Shown here one piece after another: positions 26,269 to 34,760 of a stretch of 40,229 nt of DNA. The stretch lies in the IMG/VR virus record IMGVR_UViG_3300028410_000001; one strand, 5' to 3'. How positions within the stretch are numbered: the stretch's first letter is position 1; every line of letters begins with the position of its first letter. The translations under genes were made by a program, and so were the position numbers. The notes beneath the pieces were generated by a model, which saw nothing but the letters and a program-made list of their open reading frames with translations, was not told the DNA's origin and made no database searches. The DNA comes from a virus.

Positions 26269-27638
26269 TGAGCGCAGACCTACAGAAATTTTCAGGGCCA
26301 GGGTGGTCCGCCTTCCCAGATTCAGGCATACTGATGACTGAAGATATACGCGTCACTCACTCCGCGAAGACCAGCCCCATAGGGAAACCCATGGCCATCC
26401 CTGGCATGAGTGACGCCAAGGAGAGAGCGATGAGCTGGGGCTTCGACGATATGCTGCCGAATTTCAGGGAGCAGCTAGTCAGCGAGAATGACATTGTGCC
26501 CAGCCTACTGGCCACGAAACGGGACATCCTGGTCGGCGGGGGCATTATGGCCTACACGAAAGAATATGTGGAGACCGCGCAGGGGCGGAAAGAGGTGAGG
26601 CATGAGGTAGCCATCCCTGACGTGGTGCAGGCCTTTTTCGAGAAAATCGACATTGACGAATACCTGGAGACGACAGCGAGGAATTACGTAATGCACTCAA
26701 TCATGCCGGTCGAGATCATTGCGAGAAAAGACAGGCAGAGCATCGCGAGCATAAAAGCCCTGGAATGCCGACACATCCGATCAGCAGAAATGGATGTAGA
26801 AGGCAAGATTCCTGCCTGGTACTGGTCAGGGAGCTGGGGCCATCGCCGAACAGAGGGCCGGGGAGAGGTGAAATCTTACCGGATTCCTGTTTTCGATCGA
26901 ACAGAAGATCGCTTGGCGCCAAAGTCTATCATCGTCATGATGGACCGCCTGCTTTGCCTCGACGAATACTACCCTACCCCATACTGGTGGGGCAGTGAGG
27001 AGTGGATCAGGCTGGCCAATTGTATTCCCGAGTTTCACTTGGCAATGCTGAAAAATGGGTACTCGTTTCGAGTGCACGTCCAGGTCCCGAAAGACTATTT
27101 CTACGATAATACGCCACTGGACCTCGACAATAATGTGAACGAAGCGAGCCGCAGAACGGCCGAGACCGCCGCAAAATTGGTCTTTGTGGACCGGCTCAAC
27201 CAGGTGCTGCAAGGCCACACCAAGGCGGGAAAGCTGATCATCACCGAATACGAGGTTGACAAGGCCCTCGGGAAAGAATACCCTGGCATCAAGATTACCC
27301 CGATCAGCCTTGACCTGAAAGACGAGGCTATGCTGAAGCTTTTCGACGCCTCGAACACAGCGAACATGTCCGCCCAGGGAGTTGCGCCCGCCCTGGCCAA
27401 TATCCAGATGCCCGGAAAACTGGGATCTGGCAGCGAGATTCGTAATGCGCTGGCCATGCACATAATCCTGAAAACGCCAGGGCCGCGACGGCGGATGTTC
27501 TCCCCTATTCACTTGGCCAAGCGACTAAATGGATGGCCAGCAGACGTATATTATGACATCCGCGACACCCTCGTCACGAACCTGGACCAGGACAAAAGCG
27601 GAACCACTACCGGCACTGAGAAAGAAACTGCGCTATGA
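26268..27638 (+). CDS. Probable portal protein
   Basis: 456-aa ORF in the packaging block. The call rests on size and position; no motif was verified. Confidence 0.5.
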   Translation: MSADLQKFSGPGWSAFPDSGILMTEDIRVTHSAKTSPIGKPMAIPGMSDAKERAMSWGFDDMLPNFREQLVSENDIVPSLLATKRDILVGGGIMAYTKEYVETAQGRKEVRHEVAIPDVVQAFFEKIDIDEYLETTARNYVMHSIMPVEIIARKDRQSIASIKALECRHIRSAEMDVEGKIPAWYWSGSWGHRRTEGRGEVKSYRIPVFDRTEDRLAPKSIIVMMDRLLCLDEYYPTPYWWGSEEWIRLANCIPEFHLAMLKNGYSFRVHVQVPKDYFYDNTPLDLDNNVNEASRRTAETAAKLVFVDRLNQVLQGHTKAGKLIITEYEVDKALGKEYPGIKITPISLDLKDEAMLKLFDASNTANMSAQGVAPALANIQMPGKLGSGSEIRNALAMHIILKTPGPRRRMFSPIHLAKRLNGWPADVYYDIRDTLVTNLDQDKSGTTTGTEKETAL

Positions 27639-28246
27639 CCCTGGATGAGTACGACGCAATCCTCGAAGTCCTGCGCCGCGTGATCCCTGAGAACGCGCTT
27701 TTGCCACGCCTACTCAGTGGGTACACCAGTACGAACGCTCGCTACGTGGCCCGTCTGATGGCTGAAAACGTTGCGCCGGCACGAAAACGCAGCACGCGAC
27801 TGGTGACCCAACCAAGCACCGAAGAGCCCACAACGCCAGAATGGGCAGCGATGGCGAAGCGAAAAAGCAATCTCTATCAGCAGCGGGCGAAGCTCAGCAA
27901 TCGTTTTCACGACTTCCCCAACGACGTGACGGCCTGCGCCGACATTAGCAGGGAAATACGATTCCTGCAGATTAAGATTAGAAGAGTACACCAAGAAATG
28001 GGCTATTACCGTGTTCACGGGAAGATGCCAGAAATCGAAGCCGAGCAGGAGCGAGCAGTCTACACCGAGGCGGAGCTTATGAAACAACGCCAGGCAGTCA
28101 ATTCGAAAATGACCCGCCTGCGGGCAAATCTGAAACAAGCCGCCACTTCCAAGCCTGCGAAGGTGAAGAAATGGCAGGCGCAATTAACTGAATGTGAGCA
28201 ACAGCGCGAAATCATTAATGGGAAAATTGGACAGTTCCGTCTATAA
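27635..28246 (+). CDS. Hypothetical coiled-coil protein
   Basis: 203-aa ORF with a 4-nt overlap with the portal gene. Confidence 0.5.
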   Translation: MTLDEYDAILEVLRRVIPENALLPRLLSGYTSTNARYVARLMAENVAPARKRSTRLVTQPSTEEPTTPEWAAMAKRKSNLYQQRAKLSNRFHDFPNDVTACADISREIRFLQIKIRRVHQEMGYYRVHGKMPEIEAEQERAVYTEAELMKQRQAVNSKMTRLRANLKQAATSKPAKVKKWQAQLTECEQQREIINGKIGQFRL

Positions 28247-28784
28247 CCAGGCGGAGTTCAAGAAGGCCGACATGGCCGAACGAATCAGGATGTACCTGGT
28301 CGGAGGCGGTTATAAAAGTCACTTTCAGCTACGTGATAACGAAATAGAGTACCTAAGGTACATGGAAATCGCCTACACCCTCAGCCAGGAAAACAGGAGC
28401 CAGCGCGAAGCGGTGCGGCTGCTCAGGACCCAGGTGAGAACCGACCGATTTCGGGCAACGCAAGTGATGCGGGATGCCTGCAATCTGTTCGGGAGTTTCG
28501 AGGATGTACACCGCCCTACCCAGCGCGCAATGATTCGCGAAGGGCTGCTTCAGGACATTGCACAAATAGAAAAGGAACTTGAAGAAGCGGAAACGTCGAC
28601 AGAGCGCAATTCCTGGATGAAAGTCAAGCAAGGGTATTGGAAAAACCTGATGGAACTAGACCAGGTCAGCAAGCTGGAAGACGCAATCGCCAGGGATACG
28701 AAGCTGCCAGAGATTTCTTTCACCACCGACCCCTCCGCGCTCATGTCAGCAGAGGCAGAAGACATTGACCACGAAGTGATATGA
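28218..28784 (+). CDS. Hypothetical protein, possible small terminase subunit by position
   Basis: ORF directly upstream of, and overlapping, the large terminase. The start is ambiguous among 28194, 28218 and 28272. Confidence 0.4.
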   Translation: MGKLDSSVYNQAEFKKADMAERIRMYLVGGGYKSHFQLRDNEIEYLRYMEIAYTLSQENRSQREAVRLLRTQVRTDRFRATQVMRDACNLFGSFEDVHRPTQRAMIREGLLQDIAQIEKELEEAETSTERNSWMKVKQGYWKNLMELDQVSKLEDAIARDTKLPEISFTTDPSALMSAEAEDIDHEVI

Positions 28785-30241
28785 GCAAGGAAGTCTACCT
28801 GAACGAGAAGCAGATGAAATTCCTCACTGCCCCACAGAAAACGAAAGTTTTTGTGGGGGGGCGTGGCGTTGGGAAGTCTCGTGTCCTGGCCTATGGGCAG
28901 GCAGAGAAAGCGACCCTGATGCCCAGGAGCAAGGGGTTTTTGGCGTCGACGACCTACGGGCAGCTGCTGACGAAGACCTGGCCAGCCATTGCGGAAGCGT
29001 GGGAGGCCATGGGCTATGTAGAGGGGATTCATTATGTGATTGGGGTTCGCCCGCCAAAATACTTCAAGTCAGCCATCAGCCCGCCCAAACAATTTGGCAA
29101 CGTGGTGACATTTATCAATGGCCGAACCATTGACCTCATCAGTATGGACCGCCCGGAATTGGCGCGGGGTGGTAGTTACGACGATGGCGACATTGACGAG
29201 GCCGCGCTAGTGAAGCAGGATGAGTGGGCGGTCATCCTGCTACCCTCCATTCGGGGGAATAAGTGGCGATTCGGCCAGGTGAAGACGTGGCAGATGGTGG
29301 GCTTCTACACTTCCCTGCCCTGGAAAGCGGCAGGCTATTGGGTGCTAGAATACGAAGACAAGGCGAAAGCGGAGCCGGGCAAATACTTCTACCTGGAGGC
29401 CAGTGCCTACGACAATATACATGTGCTTGGTCAGGAAGGGATAGACAGGATGCGCTCAGAAATGAGCTACATCCAGTTTCAGACAGAGATTATGAACGTG
29501 CGCATCCTCAAGGTAGAAGATGCCTTCTACAATAGGTTCGATCGTGATCGACACATGTACCAGCCTGGCTACCTATATGGTCAGGACAGCACGACAGGAC
29601 GCGATGTCATTACCGCGACTACTGATGTGGACAAGAAGCAGTTCCTTGAGATCAGCCTCGATTTTGGTGGCTGGATTTCCTGCATGTGTGTGTTTCAGGA
29701 GAAGCCCAACAGGGAGGAGTGGATGGTGGACAGTTACTTCGTGAAGGGAGACAACAAGATATCTGAGCTGGTGGCCCGGTTCTGCGAGACCTATAAGGAG
29801 CATAAGTACAAGCACGTACGTATGTGGGGCGAGCCACGAGGCCACGACCGCAACGCCACGAGTGGCACGATATACCAGCAGCTGGTGACGCTCTTCGCCG
29901 CCCAAGGCTGGAGGGCAGATGTACATGCACCAGCCAAGCAAAGCGCACAGCACATTGAGCGTCAGCACTTCATGAGTGCAATACTAGCCGAGGAGACCAG
30001 GGGCTACCCTACCCTGCGCATGAACGCTGAGACCTGCAACGACGTCAGGATAGCACTTCAGACCGCGCAGTCGATGGCAGATGGCAAGAAAGACAAGCGT
30101 AATGAGAAGGTCCGAGAGTTCCCCCAGGAACACGCGACGCACTTTACTGACGTGGTCGACTACTACTTCGAGCAGAAGTGGGGCAAGCGAGTGACGACAG
30201 GCAGCGACGCCGGCCGGGCGAGCGAGGCCATGTTCGGGTAG
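28781..30241 (+). CDS. terL: Terminase large subunit
   Basis: 486 aa with an N-terminal Walker A-like VFVGGRGVGKS and a Walker B-like DDGDIDEAALV; size and layout are typical of TerL. Confidence 0.8.
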   Translation: MSKEVYLNEKQMKFLTAPQKTKVFVGGRGVGKSRVLAYGQAEKATLMPRSKGFLASTTYGQLLTKTWPAIAEAWEAMGYVEGIHYVIGVRPPKYFKSAISPPKQFGNVVTFINGRTIDLISMDRPELARGGSYDDGDIDEAALVKQDEWAVILLPSIRGNKWRFGQVKTWQMVGFYTSLPWKAAGYWVLEYEDKAKAEPGKYFYLEASAYDNIHVLGQEGIDRMRSEMSYIQFQTEIMNVRILKVEDAFYNRFDRDRHMYQPGYLYGQDSTTGRDVITATTDVDKKQFLEISLDFGGWISCMCVFQEKPNREEWMVDSYFVKGDNKISELVARFCETYKEHKYKHVRMWGEPRGHDRNATSGTIYQQLVTLFAAQGWRADVHAPAKQSAQHIERQHFMSAILAEETRGYPTLRMNAETCNDVRIALQTAQSMADGKKDKRNEKVREFPQEHATHFTDVVDYYFEQKWGKRVTTGSDAGRASEAMFG

Positions 30242-30424
30242 CTCGCTGAGTGGAATAGCCAGCGGTGGGAGCCGCTGGCATATAATACCGAATTTTGTGT
30301 TGCGTGGATCACGCAAACGCTAATCCGCGCCCTACGGGGGGGGAGAAGGTCAAGGCAAACAGAAGTTAATTTTGACCCCCAATTGGTTAAGAATCAGTAC
30401 CTTTAAAAATCAAAGTAATACAAT

Positions 30425-31471
30425 ATGCAAAGCTTATTCAGCAACCAAATCAACATCGAATTAAAGGAAACGAACTTCCTTGAGTTCCTGCCATCTGCCC
30501 ATCGCAGCATGGCATGGTCGAGCATGAGACCCTACGAAACGCCCGCGATGCGCGAGTATCTGGCCCCCTACCTGGGGGAAGCGTTCATGGCCGAGATCGT
30601 GACCTACGCCAACCTGCCGGATTCCGATCAGGATGTAGCCATTTTGAGCAGTTGCTTGAATCGCGTGAGATTAGCCCTCGCCTACTACATGGGCTACAAT
30701 TTTACAGTAGACCAGAACGTGCAGCTTTCCGACCTTGGCCCACAGACGCAGAGCGCAAGCGAAGGCGGCAGCAGCCAGCCCAGTCAGTGGGCCTTCAAAA
30801 ACAAGGTATGGAACCTGATTAGTAAAGCAGACCAGTACACCGACCAGCTACTTAATTTTCTGGAAGGTAGGGCGCGGGCGCAGGATGCAAGCTTTGCGAC
30901 GTGGAGCAATGATGAGCTACGCCGTCGCCAAACCTCTGCCTTTTTCACCAGCACAACGGAAGTCGACAACTACCTGAACATCGAAGGAAACCTTCGTGCC
31001 TGGAACAACATGGTGCCCAGCTTCCGAACGGCAGAATGGCGACACGTACTACCAGTGCTGGGATCAGCTTTCAACACAGAGCTAGTCGGGATGTATAAAA
31101 CTGGCGCCAACATTACCCCGACCCACCAGACGGTAATTGTGCTGGTGCAGCGGGTGGTCGCTCATTACGGCTTACTGCTGGCCATACCGAATCTCAGCTG
31201 CGTCATTCAGGGAAACGGCATCGTAATGGTGAGCCAGATGGATGGCTTTGACGAGCGAGTGAGCAGCAGTTTGACGACTGAACAAACTGCCATTACTCGA
31301 CTTCAGCAAAGCCACGAAGGCCTTGGCCGCATTGCCCTGGCCGAGCTGCGAAACTACATTATTCGCAACGCTGACAATCTACCCACCTACAAAAACAGCC
31401 CCGCCTTCATCTCCGCCCCCGATCCCGTTTTGCCGATCGGAGATAAAGATGGTGGTGCCATTTTCTTATAA
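30425..31471 (+). CDS. Hypothetical head-associated protein
   Basis: 348-aa ORF after the terminase. Confidence 0.55.
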   Translation: MQSLFSNQINIELKETNFLEFLPSAHRSMAWSSMRPYETPAMREYLAPYLGEAFMAEIVTYANLPDSDQDVAILSSCLNRVRLALAYYMGYNFTVDQNVQLSDLGPQTQSASEGGSSQPSQWAFKNKVWNLISKADQYTDQLLNFLEGRARAQDASFATWSNDELRRRQTSAFFTSTTEVDNYLNIEGNLRAWNNMVPSFRTAEWRHVLPVLGSAFNTELVGMYKTGANITPTHQTVIVLVQRVVAHYGLLLAIPNLSCVIQGNGIVMVSQMDGFDERVSSSLTTEQTAITRLQQSHEGLGRIALAELRNYIIRNADNLPTYKNSPAFISAPDPVLPIGDKDGGAIFL

Positions 31472-31487
31472 CTAATCCCCCTACCCC

Positions 31488-31772
31488 ATGGCTACAGATA
31501 TGCTAAAACTAAAAAACGAAGTAACGCAGCAGCAGGTCACCCGCCTCGCAAAAGTCGAGGGGCTGATACGGCTAAAAGATAGCCTGCAAGAAGACCTGGA
31601 AAGTGCGCGAGAAATCGTAGGCGAAATGATAGAGCAACGAAGGGAGGAAGCCCTTGCGGTAGGCATTCAGCTCGACGATTTAGACGCGGGGTTGAACCAG
31701 CTCATCGGTCATTTTGCGGAGCAAAAAAGGGCTGTCGAATCGGCCCTGCACCTGGCGATCAAACAGGGCTAA
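31488..31772 (+). CDS. Hypothetical coiled-coil protein
   Basis: 94-aa ORF, the last gene of the plus-strand late block. Confidence 0.5.
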   Translation: MATDMLKLKNEVTQQQVTRLAKVEGLIRLKDSLQEDLESAREIVGEMIEQRREEALAVGIQLDDLDAGLNQLIGHFAEQKRAVESALHLAIKQG

Positions 31773-31805
31773 AATCTAGTGTTTTGAATGTGAAGTGTGT
31801 GTTTG

Positions 31806-31839
31806 TCCGGTCAGCTTATGTTGGCCGGATTTTCTTTTT
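31806..31839 (+). terminator. Rho-independent terminator closing the late block
   Basis: 8-bp stem tccggtca / tggccgga (one G-U pair), 8-nt loop, then ttttcttttt. Confidence 0.65.
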
Positions 31840-31873
31840 AAACAAATACCACACGTTAAATAGGTTAAATGGT

Positions 31874-31940
31874 GCTGACCCTTTGACCCTAGTTGACCCT
31901 AATACGAGGCCATTTGACACAAGTTGACACAAGTTGACCC
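31874..31940 (+). repeat. Cluster of six phased TTGAC(C/A)C repeats (candidate attP arm sites / iterons)
   Basis: TGAC cores begin at 31876, 31884, 31894, 31915, 31925 and 31935, giving spacings of 8, 10, 21, 10 and 10. Confidence 0.75.
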
Positions 31941-32055
31941 AATTGAATTTTTGCAACAGTATGATTTTCAGCAGATTACAAACGTTAGTGTCAAAAGTTC
32001 ACGAAACGCCTTAATATACAAGTACATAGAGAATAATGTTTGAAAAGATAGACAT

Positions 32056-33108
32056 TTAAAAAGTGGGATAATCCTCCGCTAAAGAGCCCATGTCCTTCCA
32101 TCCAATGCGGCTCAAATAGATGCTGGTAGTCTCTAAATTAGCGTGCCTATTCTGCTTCTGAATGTAGAGCAAACTGACCTTCTTATCTGCTAGTAAATAG
32201 TTGGCGGTGTTCTTCCATCCATACAGCTTGAACTCTAATCCGAAACCCAAGTGATTAAGGTGTTCACGGTACCTCCCGGCCAGGGTGTTGACACCAATTG
32301 GCTTCTTCTTATCTCGTCCGGGGAAAAGGAAATCACCTGGCTGTTTTTGCGAGAGATACTCGGCCAGCTCCTCGCGAAAGGTGACAGGGATGACGACATA
32401 ATCATCCTCTCCATTCTTCGAGATGTGAGAGGGGACATGTACGCGCCATTCGTCGAGCTCGAAGTGCATCACCTTCATCAAGCGTAGTTCTGAGCCTGGC
32501 CGCAGTAGTAGGTAGAAAACACACTGGCAGGCAAAAAGCAATTCGGGGTCGTGCTCTGAAAGGTGTTGATAGATGGCTCGACGATGCGAGGTCTGATACC
32601 TGCGATTGGTGAGTGCCTTGTGCTTGAGGCGAGGGATGTGGCTGAAGAACTCATCGTCGGTGATGGCTGCAAAGATTTGCTTAAGGTATCGAAGGTAATC
32701 ATTACGCGTTCCTCTGGCGACGTGGTCTTCCAGGTGCTCGAAGTAATCAGTCACCAGGTCGGTACTCATCTCTCGTTTTCCTTTCCACTTCAGGAATAGG
32801 CGAAGTTTGGAGCAGTAGCACAGGTAGCTCTTTTTGCGCCACGTTTTTTTCTTCTGCGCGATCCAATCCCAAGCGCGAGCTTCGATAGGCTTCTTCGCCA
32901 CGTAAGTTTCGATGAAGGCCAGCATTGACCGCTCGGCGAGCTTCACCCTGCCTTCGTAGGTTTTGGGGTCGGATAGGCCAGTGTAGATACGCTGCCGCCT
33001 TCCTTCCTCATCGTAGTACTGGAGATAGGGCTTTAGGCCAAGGTTCCGGGAGACATGTATCTTAATACGCGATGGTCCGTTTGGGGCAAGTTTTTTTTCT
33101 GCTGACAT
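32056..33108 (-). CDS. int: Tyrosine recombinase / phage integrase
   Basis: 350 aa. Contains YLLLRPGSELRLMKV (box I Arg) and C-terminal RHANLETTSIYLSRI (His...Tyr catalytic motif). The N-terminal arm-binding-like segment is RIKIHVSRNLGLKPYLQYYDEEGRRQRIYTGL. Confidence 0.85.
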   Translation of the reverse strand: MSAEKKLAPNGPSRIKIHVSRNLGLKPYLQYYDEEGRRQRIYTGLSDPKTYEGRVKLAERSMLAFIETYVAKKPIEARAWDWIAQKKKTWRKKSYLCYCSKLRLFLKWKGKREMSTDLVTDYFEHLEDHVARGTRNDYLRYLKQIFAAITDDEFFSHIPRLKHKALTNRRYQTSHRRAIYQHLSEHDPELLFACQCVFYLLLRPGSELRLMKVMHFELDEWRVHVPSHISKNGEDDYVVIPVTFREELAEYLSQKQPGDFLFPGRDKKKPIGVNTLAGRYREHLNHLGFGLEFKLYGWKNTANYLLADKKVSLLYIQKQNRHANLETTSIYLSRIGWKDMGSLAEDYPTF

Positions 33109-33170
33109 GATTAAGTGTTCAGCAGTCCCTCACGTGTGCGCGCGCGGATCGAATGAAGAAAGAGGTGCCT

Positions 33171-33316
33171 GGCGATGCGTCGCCAAACGAAAACCGCCCT
33201 ACCCCTAGTAGATACTAGGAGTAAGGCGGAAGGTGGAGAATATCGGAATCTACCCCACCCCCCAAAACCTAAGCAAACACTACCTCCCAACAAACCCAAT
33301 TTGGCGATCGCCAAAT
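33171..33316. promoter_or_regulatory. Palindrome-rich region upstream of int
   Basis: ggcgatgcgtcgcc (33171-33184); imperfect 17-bp-arm hairpin (33194-33229); perfect 18-bp palindrome atttggcgatcgccaaat (33299-33316). Confidence 0.5.
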
Positions 33317-33445
33317 AAATAAGGCGACGGCGCATAGGGCCAAAAGTTCTCGATACGGCCAGGTACATACTCATCAACAACTATTTATAGTGAAATAGAA
33401 AAACAATAAACAAAGAACCAAACAACACTCAAATAACCTGATACT

Positions 33446-33628
33446 TTGACCCTAATAGATAGAATCACTTAAAGTATCAAAGTACCAGAGATAGGTAAAT
33501 AGCTGATTCTTAATTACTTACTTACTATATACTAAGGGGGGGGTGGTCAATCCAATTGGGTCAAATAGGGTCAAACACCCCCCCTACTTGGGTCAAACAC
33601 CCCCCATATTAGGGTCAACTAGGGTCAA
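33446..33628. repeat. Second cluster of the same repeat, mostly inverted (GGGTCAA)
   Basis: ttgaccctaata at 33446-33457 is identical to 31893-31904. GGGTCAA begins at 33558, 33568, 33590, 33612 and 33622 (spacings 10, 22, 22, 10), with GGTGGTCAA at 33542. Confidence 0.75.
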
Positions 33629-33698
33629 CATGTTTAAACATGCACCTAGCAGCTAGGGGCAACTTTAAACAATACCACCCCCCACCCCGAGCAAACAC

Positions 33699-34123
33699 TC
33701 ACTTATCGAGGATTTCCAGCAGCTCAGATAATTGGTTCCCCAGTACCCCCCCAGCCTCTTTTGCGGCTGGCGACCGCAACAACGCGACCACCTGTTGACG
33801 CAGCTGCTCCACCTTCGCTTCCTGTTCCTCTACGGTGCCATGTAGGAGCGACTTCTCCCTGACTGATCGCTCCAGCTCCTTCACTACCCCCTCTTCGCTC
33901 GGCGGCCGGGTTTCTCCCTTCCACATGTCTTGCCCTACTATGTCGCCCACGTAGACGCCGAAAAGGTCAGCGTATTCCTGGATAACAGAGGCTGGCGGCG
34001 TTGCTTTCCCCTTCTCGTAATCAATGATGGAACTGGAAGTCTTGCCTAATCTCTCCGCAACGAAAGATTTCGACCATTTTTTTTCTCTCGTAAATGCTTG
34101 AGGTTCTGATGAATACGATTCAT
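33699..34123 (-). CDS. XRE/cI-type HTH repressor with its reading frame interrupted at an A8 tract
   Basis: ATG at 34123 reads MNRIHQNLKHLREKK and then goes out of frame at 34077-34084. The downstream frame reads KKWSKSFVAERLGKTSSSIIDYEKGKATPPASVIQEYADLFGVYVGDIV, a classic XRE HTH, continuous with track ORF 33699-33950. Confidence 0.6.
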
Positions 34124-34158
34124 GTGTAGTTATTATCTGGATTATTATAGTTTTAAAC

Positions 34159-34190
34159 TTGCTTATGTGAGTTCAAACCGACTATGTTTG
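34159..34190 (+). promoter_or_regulatory. Candidate rightward early promoter (TTG-N21-TAtgTTTG)
   Basis: TTG at 34159-34161 and TATGTTTG at 34183-34190, upstream of ssb. Confidence 0.4.
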
Positions 34191-34195
34191 TATTG

Positions 34196-34211
34196 CAATC
34201 GGTTCTGATTG
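34196..34211. promoter_or_regulatory. Operator-like inverted repeat CAATC-N6-GATTG between the divergent promoters
   Basis: caatcggttctgattg lies between the plus and minus -7 boxes. Confidence 0.35.
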
Positions 34212-34214
34212 TCG

Positions 34215-34222
34215 CAAAAATA
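34215..34222 (-). promoter_or_regulatory. Candidate leftward (repressor) -7 box TAttTTTG
   Basis: The plus strand reads caaaaata, which is TATTTTTG on the minus strand, about 90 nt upstream of ATG 34123. Confidence 0.35.
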
Positions 34223-34329
34223 ATAGACAATAGCAATGCAAATGCGATTTAGTCTTTCTTTTCTGCGATTAAAGCGAAGGTCGTCCGTAATCAAAATCGA
34301 TTTCAAACTCAAAACTTAAAGAAATCATA

Positions 34330-34752
34330 ATGTACAATCTCATCACGCTCATCGGCCACCTTGGCCAGGCACCTGAAACAAAAAAGATCTCCATGGGGAG
34401 TTCGGTAACAAGGCTTTCCCTTGCGACCAGCATAAGCTGGAAGAACGCTGAGGGCGTAAAGTCAGAGAAAACAGAGTGGCACAGCATCGTGCTGTGGAAC
34501 AAGCTGGGCCAAGTGGCTCAGGACTACCTGGAAAAGGGTAGCAAAGTCCTAATCGTAGGTCGGGTAGAATACCGGAAGGTTGAGAACAACGGGGAAACTC
34601 GCTATTACACTGATGTAATCGCATCGGAAATGAGGCTACTCAGCACTAAGTCCACCCCTACCAACAGCTCCCCTGAAAATAACCTCCCCAAAGGCCAACC
34701 TAAGTCACTAACCGCCTTGCGGCCAGACGACAAAGAAGACCTGCCTTTCTAA
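34330..34752 (+). CDS. ssb: Single-stranded DNA-binding protein
   Basis: OB-fold signature NLITLIGHLGQAPE...TEWHSIVLWNKLGQVAQDYLEKGSKVLIVGRVEYRKVE..GETRYYTDVIA, followed by a disordered tail ending in the acidic tip DKEDLPF. Confidence 0.9.
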   Translation: MYNLITLIGHLGQAPETKKISMGSSVTRLSLATSISWKNAEGVKSEKTEWHSIVLWNKLGQVAQDYLEKGSKVLIVGRVEYRKVENNGETRYYTDVIASEMRLLSTKSTPTNSSPENNLPKGQPKSLTALRPDDKEDLPF

Positions 34753-34760
34753 CCCCCCCC

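Noticed and set aside
33111-33380. 89-aa minus-strand ORF upstream of int as a possible excisionase
   Set aside because: The sequence is hydrophobic and Arg-rich with no HTH or winged-helix look, and it is built over the palindromes and hairpin. It is more likely non-coding regulatory DNA.
31874-33628. TTGACCC repeat clusters as a CRISPR array
   Set aside because: The repeats are 7-9 nt with 10-22 nt periodicity, so there are no repeat/spacer units of CRISPR size, and no cas genes are present.
31773-34329. Search for a tRNA gene or tRNA fragment near int/attP
   Set aside because: No cloverleaf-compatible segment or GGTTCGAATCC-like T-arm was seen by eye. A tRNAscan-SE run would be needed to be sure.
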